A DNA stretch of 54,021 nt from an uncultured Ruficoccus sp. (GCA_965140785.1 OZ223503.1:1-54021), one strand, 5' to 3'. Counted from the first letter of the stretch, positions 8,919 through 19,156 are shown. The notes: generated by a model not told the origin, from the sequence alone. Numbers and translations are program-made.

Positions 8919-10943
8919 TTACAAATACTCGGCCACTGCCGCCGGATCGGTGGCGGGCTCGGTGCAGGTGGTGCCGACACAGAGCTGGTAGCCGTCGGGT
9001 TGGGCGGGGTCGTCGGTCAGTTGGACGAAGACCCGGCGCCAGGGGCGTTCGGCCAGGGCGGCGCGGAGCGGCTCCAGGTCGGTCGTGCCCTTGACCTTGA
9101 TCACGGCGAGTCCGGCGGCGTCCTGGGCGTAGGCCGAGAGGGCGTGCGCGACGGCGGCGGGGGCGCGCTCGACCAGGCCGGGGTAGCCCTGGCGCATGTC
9201 GGTCATCTCGGAGGCAAAGGTGGGGGTGCCGGTCAGGGTGTGCAGGGCGCTGAGGGCGTGCAGGAGGCTGGAGTTGCCGGAGGGGGTGGCGTTGTCGAAC
9301 CACGTCTTTTTGCGGCTGACCAGCTCCTCGCCGTCGTCCGGGGTGAAAAAGAACCCGGCCTGCTCGGCGTGGCGGAAGTGTTGGTAAGTCGTTTCCATCA
9401 GCGCCGAGGCGCGGTCGAGGTAGCGCTGGGCGGTGCCGGGCTCGTGCCAGTCGGCCCAGGCGGCGAGGCTGAGCAGCGCCTCCATGAAGTAGGCGTGGTC
9501 CTCGAGGTTGCCGCTGACGCGGGGACCGGCGTCCGCGTAGTACACGGAGAACAGACGGCCCTCGTCGGTGCGCATGTTGTCCCAGATGAAGTCGGCGGCC
9601 TGCCGGGCGCGGGCGAACCAGTCCTTGTTCCCGAAGGCGACGGCGGCGGTGGTCAGGCCGCGAATGATGAGCGCGTTCCAGGCCAGGAGAACCTTGGGGT
9701 CGCGGGTGGGGGCGACGCGCTTTTGGCGTTCGGCCAAGAGCTTTTCGCGGGCCGGGGCGAGGCGGGCGCGCAGCTCGGTTTCGCCTCCGGCGAAGCAGGG
9801 GTTGGACGCGCCGGATTGTTCGAAGTTGCCCTTTGGGGTGATGAGGTAGGCGTCGTTGAAAACCGCCGCTTCCTCCTGGCCGAGGATCGACTCGATTTCG
9901 TCCGGGGTCCAGACGTAGTACTTGCCCTCGACGCCCTCGGAATCGGCGTCGAGCGAGGCGTAAAAGGCACCGCCGGGAGCGGCCATCTCGCGTTCGAGCC
10001 AGCCGACGGTTTCGGCCACCACGTTGGCATAAAGCGGCTGACGGTAGCGCAGCCAGCCCTTGGAAAAGATGTCCAGCAGCAGGCCGTTGTCGTAGAGCAT
10101 CTTCTCGAAGTGGGGGATGATCCAGTTCCGGTCCACGCTGTAGCGGCAGAAGCCGCCCCCGATCTGGTCGAAGATGCCCCCGCGGGCCATCCCGGCGAGG
10201 GTTTTGCGAATCACGTCGTCGAGCCGGGCGGGCAGTTCGGGCTTGGCGGCGACGGCCTGGGTGGCGCGCATGGCCAGCAGGAAGTCGAGCGTCATCGAGG
10301 GCGGGAACTTCGGCGCGTCGCCAAAGCCGCCCCACTCGTCGTCGTGCTGGCCGCAGATGGCCTCGGCGGCGGTGATGAGCGCCTCGTTGGGCAGGGGGGT
10401 GCCGTCGGCGCCCATGGGGACGTTGGCGGCGGCGAGGTTTTTGACGATGTTCCCGGCGTTTTCCTCCAGCTCGTCGCGGTTTTTCTTAAAATAGTCGGCG
10501 ATGCGCATGATGAGCTGCGGCCAGGGGACGATGCCGTGGCCACGGTCCTCGGGTGGGAAGTACGTGCCGCCGAAGAAGGGCCGCCCGTCGGGCAGGCAAA
10601 AAGCGTTCAGGGGCCAGCCGCCGTGCTGGTTGATCATCTGGACGGCCTCCATGTAGATCTGGTCCACGTCCGGGCGCTCCTCGCGGTCCACCTTGACGCA
10701 GACGAAGTGGCGGTTCATGAGGTCGGCGATGTACGGGTCCTCGAAGCTCTCGCGCTCCATCACGTGGCACCAGTGGCACGAACTGTAGCCGATAGAGACG
10801 ATGAGCGGCACGTCCCGCCGCTGCGCCTCGGCCAGGGCCTCCGGCCCCCAAGGCTGCCAGTGCACGGGATTCTCCGCGTGCTGGCGCAGGTACAGGCTGT
10901 TCTCGTTGGCGAGGCGGTTGCGGGAAAGGTCGTTCTCGGGCAT
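8919..10943 (-). CDS. Thioredoxin-domain protein, YyaL/SSP411 family
   Basis: [56 protein letters not shown] at 10943. Confidence 0.95.
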   Translation of the reverse strand: MPENDLSRNRLANENSLYLRQHAENPVHWQPWGPEALAEAQRRDVPLIVSIGYSSCHWCHVMERESFEDPYIADLMNRHFVCVKVDREERPDVDQIYMEAVQMINQHGGWPLNAFCLPDGRPFFGGTYFPPEDRGHGIVPWPQLIMRIADYFKKNRDELEENAGNIVKNLAAANVPMGADGTPLPNEALITAAEAICGQHDDEWGGFGDAPKFPPSMTLDFLLAMRATQAVAAKPELPARLDDVIRKTLAGMARGGIFDQIGGGFCRYSVDRNWIIPHFEKMLYDNGLLLDIFSKGWLRYRQPLYANVVAETVGWLEREMAAPGGAFYASLDADSEGVEGKYYVWTPDEIESILGQEEAAVFNDAYLITPKGNFEQSGASNPCFAGGETELRARLAPAREKLLAERQKRVAPTRDPKVLLAWNALIIRGLTTAAVAFGNKDWFARARQAADFIWDNMRTDEGRLFSVYYADAGPRVSGNLEDHAYFMEALLSLAAWADWHEPGTAQRYLDRASALMETTYQHFRHAEQAGFFFTPDDGEELVSRKKTWFDNATPSGNSSLLHALSALHTLTGTPTFASEMTDMRQGYPGLVERAPAAVAHALSAYAQDAAGLAVIKVKGTTDLEPLRAALAERPWRRVFVQLTDDPAQPDGYQLCVGTTCTEPATDPAAVAEYL

Positions 10944-11126
10944 AAAGGCTAAAGGATGGGAAGAGGATGAACCACAGCGGGCACGGAGAGCACAGAGGAT
11001 AACACCGAGTGCTGTCAGCGGCGCTGGCCGGAGTCTGCTGCTGCGGTAAATGGTAATAAAACCCAAGAGGGGAAACCCGCCCGCCCCGAATGGCAAACGC
11101 AAAGCGCGGTTTTATTGGGGGGGGAG

Positions 11127-11735
11127 TCAGCTATCAGGCTGAGGCTTTCTGAAGGGAGTAAGCAGATTCTTTTCCTCTGCGTATTTCAATAATCGTGTAT
11201 TAAGCCTGTTGATGTCCTCGTAGTAGGCGTCGTGGATTTGATCCATTCGAATTTGCCCAGTGCTTCCTTCAGGTAAGAAGTCAATCAGTTGATCACGCTC
11301 TTCATCGTCTGTCGGGACAGTCCGATCGCCCAACAGCAATTGCTTGGCCTCTTGGAGTAACTTGAGGGTTTTAAAGTCACTCAGTTCCAGCAACCCGTCC
11401 ACGACAAATCTATAATAAGCGCCTGAGCTGTTACTGAAAAATTGTTCAAAGCCACCATTGAGGACCTCTCCATCGAAAATGCCTACTGTGTAGTAGGTCT
11501 TCTGTTCTGGAGTGAGTTTTGATAATGACGGTATGTCTTTTTCCGCCAATTTATCAAGGTAGCGCCACAGCTCGACTTGCGGATTATAATCGCGAAATTG
11601 GCGATAGTATTCTTTGGCCGCTTCTATGGATTCGCGGGTTCCCTGCTGGCACGGGATGCACAAGCCTCCCGTTGACTCAGCTGTTGTCGGCAGGATCAAG
11701 GCCCCACATTTCTGGCATGGAACTTTTTGGACCAT
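11127..11735 (-). CDS. DUF4375 (DMP19-like) protein with N-terminal Cys motif
   Basis: EVLNGGFEQFFSNSSG motif; CxxC...CxxC N-terminus; visibly lower GC than flanks. Confidence 0.75.
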   Translation of the reverse strand: MVQKVPCQKCGALILPTTAESTGGLCIPCQQGTRESIEAAKEYYRQFRDYNPQVELWRYLDKLAEKDIPSLSKLTPEQKTYYTVGIFDGEVLNGGFEQFFSNSSGAYYRFVVDGLLELSDFKTLKLLQEAKQLLLGDRTVPTDDEERDQLIDFLPEGSTGQIRMDQIHDAYYEDINRLNTRLLKYAEEKNLLTPFRKPQPDS

Positions 11736-11790
11736 TGTAACTTAACCATTGCAACCCAACGATCTGGCCCAGACGAGCCCAATCACATAC

Positions 11791-12312
11791 TCAGGGGATT
11801 TCAGCAGCGGCCGCTTCCTCCGGCAGGTGGCCGGGGGCGGGTGGGTTGTCCACGCGCTCATAGACGAGTTCGTGGCCCAGCGGGGTGAGCAGGGTGAGGG
11901 TGCTGTCGCTGAGGGTGTAGGTGGAGGCGACGGGTGGGGCGCCTTCCTTGAGAAAGGTAAAGGTCTTCGCGTCGATGGCATAGGTGCCGGGGGCGATGCG
12001 GTGCTCGGGGTGGTTGCAGCCGGATTCGATGGGCCAGAGGCGGGCGGAGCCGTCGGCGTCGAGCCGCATGTAGAAGGGCACGGCGATGCCCTGGCCGTCG
12101 GCTTTGGCCAGGCGCCAGGTGCCGAGGACGGCGGCTGCCGGGGAGGACGCGGGGGTGGATGAATCGGACGCCGGGGCGGAAACGGCGGGAGTCGGGGCGT
12201 TGTGGGCGGCGCTTGAAGCTTCCGTGTCGGGACGGGCGGCGGGTGCTTCGACGGCGCAGGCGAGAGCCGCGTTGATCGTCAGCAGGAGGAAAGACAGAAG
12301 AGTGGCTTTCAT
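11791..12312 (-). CDS. Secreted hypothetical protein, lipocalin-like
   Basis: Signal peptide, Ala/Pro/Ser linker, VLGTWRL motif and C-terminal YERV. Confidence 0.6.
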   Translation of the reverse strand: MKATLLSFLLLTINAALACAVEAPAARPDTEASSAAHNAPTPAVSAPASDSSTPASSPAAAVLGTWRLAKADGQGIAVPFYMRLDADGSARLWPIESGCNHPEHRIAPGTYAIDAKTFTFLKEGAPPVASTYTLSDSTLTLLTPLGHELVYERVDNPPAPGHLPEEAAAAEIP

Positions 12313-12399
12313 GATGCCATCAGGTCATAGACCCGACCGGCCCGAAAAACAACCCCCGCACTGTGCCGTTTCTGTGACGGAGAAATGAAGGATATTTTT

Positions 12400-12774
12400 T
12401 TATTTATCCGTGATCTGCTCGATCATTCGGATGGTGTCGGCTTTGATTAAAAAGCGCTTTTGCTCACTGTCTTCAATGATCAGCATCCCGATAAAATGAT
12501 GGGGGAGGGCGCCGTTTGCCGTATTTTTTTGCGTGACGATTCCTGTGAAGCGGACATCCGTCATGGTCTGGTTGCGGTTGAAGTGAATGTTTATTCGCTG
12601 TCCCTTGTTCAGGATGCCTTCAACCTGCAGCAGCTTAGGGTCGTGTAATCGGCTGGCGATTTTAGCCAGTCCCCAGAAAAACACGGACAAAATCATGATC
12701 CCGGCGCTAATGGCGAGAACAACGGACAGGGTATCATAAAACAACTGCATGGCGTGCGGGGTGGATGGCGTCAT
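12400..12774 (-). CDS. Hypothetical protein, single TM
   Basis: 124 aa ORF, lower GC, begins 3 bp after the upstream gene stop. Confidence 0.55.
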   Translation of the reverse strand: MTPSTPHAMQLFYDTLSVVLAISAGIMILSVFFWGLAKIASRLHDPKLLQVEGILNKGQRINIHFNRNQTMTDVRFTGIVTQKNTANGALPHHFIGMLIIEDSEQKRFLIKADTIRMIEQITDK

Positions 12775-12777
12775 GCC

Positions 12778-13581
12778 TCAATACAGCCCCACGACGTGTC
12801 CCTGGGCAAGCTTGATGACGAAGACGCCGACGTTGCTGGCGAGGTGGGCGGCCATGCAGGGGATGAGGGAGCGGGTCTTGTTCAGGCCGTAGAAGCGCAC
12901 GGTATAGAACCACAGGGAGTTGAGGAAGACCAGCGCGGTGCTGAACCAGCCCTTGAGCCCGAAGTCGAGGGTCAGCGTGCCCTGCCAGAACTGCCACCCG
13001 GCCACGCCCTCGGGCATGTCGAGGTCCCAGAGGAAGGGGTGGAGCGCGGCGAAGAGGAACGAAAAAAGTAAAATGCTGCCGACGAGGGCGGCGGTGCCTT
13101 TTTTTGTCACCACGAGGTAGCCGCGAAAGATCAGCTCCTCGAAAAAGGCGGCGGCGCAGATCGAGAGCAGGGCCAGCCAGGTCATGTCGCTCTGCTCCCC
13201 GGCGATGCCTAGGCCGATCTCCCCCAAGGTTTCGGCGGCGAGCAGGATGAGCGCGCCGACGACGGCCACGACCACGCACAAGCCGGAGCAGGCGGTGGCG
13301 CCGGGGAAGGCCTTCGGGTTGGGCTCGCCGCGCCGGTTGGCCTTGAAATCGTCGAGCCAGAGCTTGAACAGATAGACGCTGGCCGCGAAGAGGATCACGA
13401 TCATGAGCGGGTCGCTCTGCATGTCGCTTTTGTTGTCGGCGGCGGGCAGCTCGGCGGGGATCTGCGTGGCGCTCGTGCCTGCGGTATCGGTGGCTATTTC
13501 AGCCGGGGCGGGGGCCGCCTGATCTTCGGCGGCGGGCGTGAGCAGGGTGGAATCGGCGGCGGGGGCGTCGGTTTCGTTCAT
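12778..13581 (-). CDS. CPBP/Abi (CAAX-type) intramembrane metalloprotease
   Basis: FEELIFRG, FAALH and AHLASN motifs. Confidence 0.88.
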   Translation of the reverse strand: MNETDAPAADSTLLTPAAEDQAAPAPAEIATDTAGTSATQIPAELPAADNKSDMQSDPLMIVILFAASVYLFKLWLDDFKANRRGEPNPKAFPGATACSGLCVVVAVVGALILLAAETLGEIGLGIAGEQSDMTWLALLSICAAAFFEELIFRGYLVVTKKGTAALVGSILLFSFLFAALHPFLWDLDMPEGVAGWQFWQGTLTLDFGLKGWFSTALVFLNSLWFYTVRFYGLNKTRSLIPCMAAHLASNVGVFVIKLAQGHVVGLY

Positions 13582-13622
13582 GGGGAGAGGGCGAAAAGGG
13601 CAGGGGGAATGAAGGGGCTTTC

Positions 13623-13641
13623 TTTGACAATTAGTCTCAAA
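13623..13641. promoter_or_regulatory. 19-bp imperfect palindrome overlapping a TTGACA hexamer
   Basis: TTTGACA-ATTAG-TCTCAAA in the divergent intergenic region. Confidence 0.4.
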
Positions 13642-13710
13642 GGGTCAAGACTCTGTGAAAAGAGGGGTTGAGGTTTTCGGCCCGATCTGCCAAACCGCAA
13701 CGGTAAATTT

Positions 13711-14730
13711 ATGCTGACCGCACAAAATAAAAGCCAGCCGCGCCCCCCGGCCTTTGACGATATTGTAAAGCCGGTGGTGCCGCATATGCAGGCGCTGGGG
13801 ATCTTTCTCGACGAGCAGGTGGAGCAGTTCGAGACGGACATCCGCGACCTGGTGCGCTACAGCCTGCAGAATCAGGGCAAGCGCCTGCGCCCGCTGCTGG
13901 TGTTCTTCGGAGGCTGGCGCGACGGCGAGGTCAACCCGGATCTGGTGCGGGCCGCCGCCGTGGTGGAGCTGGTCCACCTGGCCACGCTGATCCACGACGA
14001 CATCCTTGACGACGCCACCCTGCGCCACAATTCCGACACGGTCAGCGCCCGCTATGGCTCGACCGCGGCGGTGCTGCTGGGCGACGCACTCTTTTCCCAG
14101 GCGCTCGTGCTGGCGGCGGAATTTCCCACCGTGGAGGTCTGCCGGGCCGTTTCGCTCTCGACCCGCCGGGTCTGCGCCGGAGAGATCCGCCAGACCTTCG
14201 AGCGTGGCAACGCCGAGTTTTCGCTGGAGGATTATTTCCGGGTCATCGACCTGAAGACGGCCGAGCTTTTCTCGGTCTCCTCGCACCTGGGGGCCTCGCT
14301 GGCCGGCTACGAGCCGGACTTCGCCGAGGCTGCCGGGAAGTTCAGCCGCCACCTGGGGGTGGCGTACCAGATTTTCGACGACCTGGCCGACTACATGGGC
14401 GACGAGGACAAGATCGGCAAGACCCTGGGCACGGATCTGGCCAGCGGGAAGTTTACCCTGCCGGTACTGGTGCTTTTCCAGCGCCTGCCGCGGGGCGAGC
14501 AGAAGCTCTTCCTCCAGCGCGTGCGCCGGGGCGAGTTCAACCCCGGCCATCTGGTCGAGTTGATGAAGGACTACGCCGTCATCGCCGAGGTCAGCAGCAG
14601 CTTCGAGCGCGAGCTGGCCAAGGCCGAGGCCGTGCTGGAGCCTTTCGCCGGACTGCCGCCGGTCCCGCGTCTGCGCAACCTCAGCCAGTTTGTGCTGAGC
14701 CAGTTCCAGCGCCTGGCGGTGAATCCGTAA
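13711..14730 (+). CDS. Polyprenyl diphosphate synthase (IspB-like)
   Basis: GKRLRP, LIHDDILD, KTAELF, YQIFDDLAD. Confidence 0.93.
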   Translation: MLTAQNKSQPRPPAFDDIVKPVVPHMQALGIFLDEQVEQFETDIRDLVRYSLQNQGKRLRPLLVFFGGWRDGEVNPDLVRAAAVVELVHLATLIHDDILDDATLRHNSDTVSARYGSTAAVLLGDALFSQALVLAAEFPTVEVCRAVSLSTRRVCAGEIRQTFERGNAEFSLEDYFRVIDLKTAELFSVSSHLGASLAGYEPDFAEAAGKFSRHLGVAYQIFDDLADYMGDEDKIGKTLGTDLASGKFTLPVLVLFQRLPRGEQKLFLQRVRRGEFNPGHLVELMKDYAVIAEVSSSFERELAKAEAVLEPFAGLPPVPRLRNLSQFVLSQFQRLAVNP

Positions 14731-14759
14731 TTCCCCTCGCGGGATGGCCGCCACCCCAG

Positions 14760-14975
14760 AACCCCAACGGGGGTTCCGTTGATCAGCCCATGGTTGGTTG
14801 AGCGTAGCGAGACCTACCGTGGGTATTGAAACCAGAGTCTCCCAACCCTGAAAGGGTTGCGCACAAGCGGGTCGCCAAGGATAAGAGAATCCTTTCAGGG
14901 TTGTGGGAAGGACATTTTATCTCTCCCGGGGTAGGCTGCGTAACCCGGGAGAGGCTGCGCAACCCCTGCGGGGTT
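14760..14975. repeat. Nested palindromic (REPIN-like) element
   Basis: Outer arms aaccccaacgggggtt (14760) / aacccctgcggggtt (14961); inner arms caaccctgaaagggttg (14843) / aatcctttcagggttg (14888). Confidence 0.7.
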
Positions 14976-15107
14976 GGCGCTGGGCGCGTATCCGGGGTGG
15001 CTGTTGGGGGATGTGGGGTAAGAATGGGCCGTCGGGGATTGGTGCCAGGGTGAGCGGCGTATGTTTATGGGCTTGTTACAGGCTGTTCCTGTGTCAGTAT
15101 TCCTGGC

Positions 15108-16046
15108 ATGAAGAAGAAACCCCTGAAGGCCAACTCCTCTCTCACCATCAAACTGGGGGAGAGCGACACCCTGAAAATCAAGCTCGGGGAGGTCATGGTC
15201 CCGCCGGGCAAAACCGTCACCCTGAAAAAGGACTTCGATCCGGCCTTCACCGCCGGTTACAAAAACGAGAAAGCCGCCCGGGCAAAGGTGAAGTCCAACG
15301 TCTCCCGCCTGAGCAAGCTTCAGGACAAGCTCTACGCGCAGGACAAATACAGCGTGCTGATCATCTTTCAGGCCATGGACGCGGCGGGCAAGGACGGGGT
15401 CATCAAGCACGTCATGTCGGGGATCAACCCGCAGGGCTGCCAGGTGACGAGCTTCAAGACACCCTCGGCCGAGGAACTCGACCACGACTACCTGTGGCGG
15501 GCGGTCAAGGCCCTGCCGCGCCGCGGCCAGATCGGGATTTTCAACCGTTCGCACTATGAGGAGGTGCTGATCACGCGGGTCCACCCGGAGATCCTTGAGC
15601 GACAGAAGCTGCCGCCTTCGGCCCTCGGGGACGATGTCTATGAGAAGCGGTATGAGCAGATCAACAATTTCGAGAAGTACCTGGTGGAGAACGGCACCAT
15701 CGTCCTGAAATTTTTCCTCAACCTGTCGAAAAAAGAGCAGGCGCAGCGCTTCCTCGCGCGGGTGGAAAACCCGGACAAAAACTGGAAATTCTCCGACGCC
15801 GACTACGCCGAACGCCAGCACTGGGACGAGTATCAAAAGGCTTACGAGACTTGTATCAGCCAGACCAGCACGCCGCACGCACCGTGGTTCGTCATTCCCG
15901 CCGACCACAAATGGTTCACCCGCCTGACCGTGTCCGCGGCCATCGTGCACGCCCTGTCCCTGCTCCCGCTGGAGTATCCCGTTGTCAGCGCCGAGCACAA
16001 AAAAATGATCACCGCTCTCGGGAAAAAGCTGAAGAAAGAGGTCTAA
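15108..16046 (+). CDS. ppk2: Polyphosphate kinase 2 family protein
   Basis: QAMDAAGKDG Walker A, FNRSHYE, KNWKFS, PWFVIPADHKW. Confidence 0.95.
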   Translation: MKKKPLKANSSLTIKLGESDTLKIKLGEVMVPPGKTVTLKKDFDPAFTAGYKNEKAARAKVKSNVSRLSKLQDKLYAQDKYSVLIIFQAMDAAGKDGVIKHVMSGINPQGCQVTSFKTPSAEELDHDYLWRAVKALPRRGQIGIFNRSHYEEVLITRVHPEILERQKLPPSALGDDVYEKRYEQINNFEKYLVENGTIVLKFFLNLSKKEQAQRFLARVENPDKNWKFSDADYAERQHWDEYQKAYETCISQTSTPHAPWFVIPADHKWFTRLTVSAAIVHALSLLPLEYPVVSAEHKKMITALGKKLKKEV

Positions 16047-16146
16047 GCAGCCGCTGGCTTAACTGCGAATGGGGCCATTTCCGTCCTGCCGGGGCAAAGC
16101 GCGGGCTTGCTTTAAGCCGGTTTTTTCGTAAATTTATTCACAGATT

Positions 16147-16782
16147 ATGCCCGAGAGTAATGCCATGACCGGTGCCCTGACGACCCCGGCTGCAACGCAT
16201 GCAGCCGAGGCGGACTCGGATATGGCCCTCGTCAAACAGGTGCAGGCGGGCGAGATTTCGGCCTACGACAAGCTCGTGGTCAAGTACCGGGAGCGTTTAT
16301 ACTCAGTGGTTTACAACCTTACCGGGAACCGCGAGGACGCCAATGACCTGGCGCAGGAGGCCTTCATCAAGGCGTTCCGCTCGATCAACCTGTTCCGGGG
16401 CAAATCGTCGTTTTTCACCTGGCTGTACCGGATCGCGGTCAACAACACGCTGACCCACCTCAAGCGCAACCGCATGCGGCGCTTCCTGAGCCTGGAAAAG
16501 GTGGACGAGGAGGTGCACAGCTCGGACATTCTGGAGAAGCTGACCGCCCGCAACCGCTCGGATAAACCGGCCCTCATGCATGAGTTGCAGGAAAAATTGA
16601 ACGAAGCGCTCCAGAAATTGTCTCTTAAACATAGGACTGTTGTTGTGCTGTTCGAAATTGAGGGACTGAGTCACCAGGAAATCGCCGAGGTCACCAAGAC
16701 TTCGGAAGGAACGGTGCGCTCACGGCTTCATTACGCCAAGCAGCAGCTTCAGGCCACTTTAAAGGAGTACTTGGAACAATAG
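16147..16782 (+). CDS. ECF sigma-70 factor (RpoE-like)
   Basis: DLAQEAFIKAF, FFTWLYRIAVN, EIAE..GTVRSRLHYA. Confidence 0.93.
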   Translation: MPESNAMTGALTTPAATHAAEADSDMALVKQVQAGEISAYDKLVVKYRERLYSVVYNLTGNREDANDLAQEAFIKAFRSINLFRGKSSFFTWLYRIAVNNTLTHLKRNRMRRFLSLEKVDEEVHSSDILEKLTARNRSDKPALMHELQEKLNEALQKLSLKHRTVVVLFEIEGLSHQEIAEVTKTSEGTVRSRLHYAKQQLQATLKEYLEQ

Positions 16783-16808
16783 TTGCTAAAGACCCGAACA
16801 CTTTATTT

Positions 16809-17366
16809 ATGCAGGATAACCAAGAGCCTCAATCCTCTCACGTCTCTGTCGAAGATCTGTTGCGCCTCAAGCGCTACGAGAAGCCCGACGAGGCCTACTG
16901 GGAGCGCTTTGATCGCGAGCTTCACCAGAAATCCTGGCAGGCCCTGGCCAAGCCCCAACCGGCGCTCTGGCGTGGATTAAGGGCCTTCGGAGGCAAGCTG
17001 GTGCCCGCTCTTCCGCTCTCGGCGGCGGCCGCCTTCGTGGTGGCTCTCAGCCTGAACCATTTCCCCGCCTACACGGCCTCGACGCCGGTGGAGACGGCCT
17101 ATGTCGCCCCGGCCCCGATCGCGGCTGACCGTGCTGCTCCGGTGGCCGGCATGGCCGCGGACTTCGCTCAGGGCAACCATGAGTCGACCTTTGTGGTCGG
17201 CCAGTTCGACGCTCAGGACCCGGGCCCGGGGGACAGCAATGTCACACTGGTGGCGGCTTCCCGTCCAATGCCAGTGGAGTCGAACCTCAACGTCCACTAC
17301 GTCGGCGGCTCTTTTGACAGCGGCTTCGGCAGTGAAACCGCCTCGGATCAATCCCGCGTTTACTAA
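16809..17366 (+). CDS. Putative membrane-anchored anti-sigma factor
   Basis: Directly follows the ECF sigma gene; N-terminal LLRLKRYEKP..YWERF region, one TM helix, periplasmic tail. Confidence 0.55.
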   Translation: MQDNQEPQSSHVSVEDLLRLKRYEKPDEAYWERFDRELHQKSWQALAKPQPALWRGLRAFGGKLVPALPLSAAAAFVVALSLNHFPAYTASTPVETAYVAPAPIAADRAAPVAGMAADFAQGNHESTFVVGQFDAQDPGPGDSNVTLVAASRPMPVESNLNVHYVGGSFDSGFGSETASDQSRVY

Positions 17367-17374
17367 TTTCGACC

Positions 17375-18651
17375 ATGCTTAGCTTCAGCAGGATGCGAGC
17401 GTTGCTCGTGTTGGTTTTTTTTTGAGCGTCTATGCGCAGGGAGCCCCCGATAACGGAGGCGGTCCCCTCGCGCTGCAAAAGCGGGTGATCGACATCTACC
17501 GCGCCAACGAAAAGGCGGTGGTGAAGGTGTTCGCGGCCTTCGATGGGAAGCAGCCCAGCGGGAAGACTATGCTCTTCATCGGGACAGGCTTCTACATCAG
17601 TAAGGAAGGCCACATCCTGACCAACACCAACGTGACCTACGGGGCGGACCGGATCTGGGTCGAGCGCAACGGGATCGCCTACGCCGCCGAGCTGGTCGGC
17701 AGCGACCCGCTGACCAATATTTCGATCATCAAGGCTTTCGCGCTGCCGGCGGATTTCCAGTTCCTGCGCCTGAGCGATTCGCCTGAGGCGCCGCCCATCG
17801 GCTCGTTTCTGGTGGCGCTGAGCTGCGAGCTCGGGCAGGACCCCGGCCCCTCGCTTGGGCTGGTCTCGGGGTGGAACACCGCCTACGGCGAGCGCGTGCT
17901 GCCGACCATTTACCTGCGCTCGGACATTCCCTCGGACGGTGGTGAGGGCGGCTCCCCGGTCTTCGACATGAACGGCTCGCTGGTGGGCATGCTCATCGTC
18001 TCGTTACCGGAAATTCGCTCCTCCTTCATCCTGCCCGCGCGCGCCATCCAGCGCATCCGCGACGACATCCTTTTTTCCGGCAATGTGACCTACGCCTACT
18101 TCGGTTTCCAGACCCGCCAGAAGTCCAATCTCGACAGCGGCCCGTGGGTCGAGGTCGAGGGGCTGGTAGAGGGCGGTCCGGCGGCCCAGGCGGGAGTTCA
18201 GGCCGGGGACAAGTTGCTGAAGATGGGCGACTTCGACATTACGACCGACGCCGACCTGCGGGTGGCGACCTTTTTCCAGCGCCCGGACGAATTCGTCCCC
18301 CTCGTGATCCGGCGTGGGGAGAGGAAGTCGAACTCAGCGTCAAGCCCGGCGCGCGCGAAGCTCCGCCTTCGGCCATGCCGCCGGTCGGACCCAGTTCGCC
18401 CAAGCCGCAGGCGCCCGCTGCCGTGGTGCGCGAGGATGTACCGGCCCCGGTAGAGGGTTGACGCTGGCACCGCCCCCGAGGCAAACGGAAGCGCCGATGA
18501 GGCTCCGACTGCCGGGACCGGGAATACTGCGGAAGCCGCCCGCCCGGCCAGCGATGACGCCGGATCCGCCGAGACGCCGAAGACCCCCTCGGGTGAGTCT
18601 TCGGGGACACCCGCCGATTCTACCGCACCGGCGGGAAGCCCCGGCGCATAG
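17375..18651 (+). pseudogene. HtrA/DegP-like trypsin+PDZ protein, interrupted by three apparent frameshifts (possibly assembly errors)
   Basis: GTGFYI, ILTN, PVFDMNGSLVG and PDZ GPAAQAGVQAGD; frame breaks at T9 (17415-17423), G4 (18316-18319) and G3 (18455-18457). Confidence 0.7.
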
Positions 18652-18685
18652 AGAGATTTATGCGCATGTGGAAAACTAGACCAGC

Positions 18686-19156
18686 ATGCGCGCAATAATT
18701 ATTCATCTTCTGCTGACCTCGCTGCTTTGGACGGGGTGTTCTCAAGAGAGCCGTGAGCGTATGTTTGAGACTACGGTGGCTCAATATCCACTCGAGGAGT
18801 CGTATTCTCTGCGAGTAGTCCATGACAGGGATTGGGAAATGTCTATTCCGCTGACTTTCCGTGCCTATCGCGGCGGGGAAGAGTTATTTGAGTCTGCGAT
18901 ATTTTGCGGAGTGGAGCCGGGTGAGGTTGAGGCGCTGCATGAGAGATTAATCGTAGAGAAAGTCGAGGGTAGGGACGGCACTTACATTCTGTATAATAAA
19001 TCCTCACCCAACCAAATCCTGGCGTTTATCGATTTTACCAGAGGCGTGTATTACCCCGAAATGGGGGCGCTTGATCCTGAAGATAGCGCCACGCAGCAGC
19101 GCATTTTTAAGGAAATCCAAGGGGTTATTGGATTGGACAAGGCGCTCGTCGATTAA
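18686..19156 (+). CDS. Hypothetical lipoprotein
   Basis: Lipobox-like LLWTGC after a hydrophobic leader; lower GC. Confidence 0.6.
   Translation: MRAIIIHLLLTSLLWTGCSQESRERMFETTVAQYPLEESYSLRVVHDRDWEMSIPLTFRAYRGGEELFESAIFCGVEPGEVEALHERLIVEKVEGRDGTYILYNKSSPNQILAFIDFTRGVYYPEMGALDPEDSATQQRIFKEIQGVIGLDKALVD

Noticed and set aside
9000..10952. Long antisense and alternate-frame ORFs here and elsewhere (e.g. 19184-20098, 20537-21847, 29173-30558, 44477-45712, 45716-47095)
   Set aside because: Shadow ORFs expected from high GC3 opposite well-supported genes; no family motifs
11736..11790. Integron attC half-site upstream of the DUF4375 gene (GTTGGGT on the minus strand)
   Set aside because: No matching inverse core or hairpin, and no integrase; too weak to support
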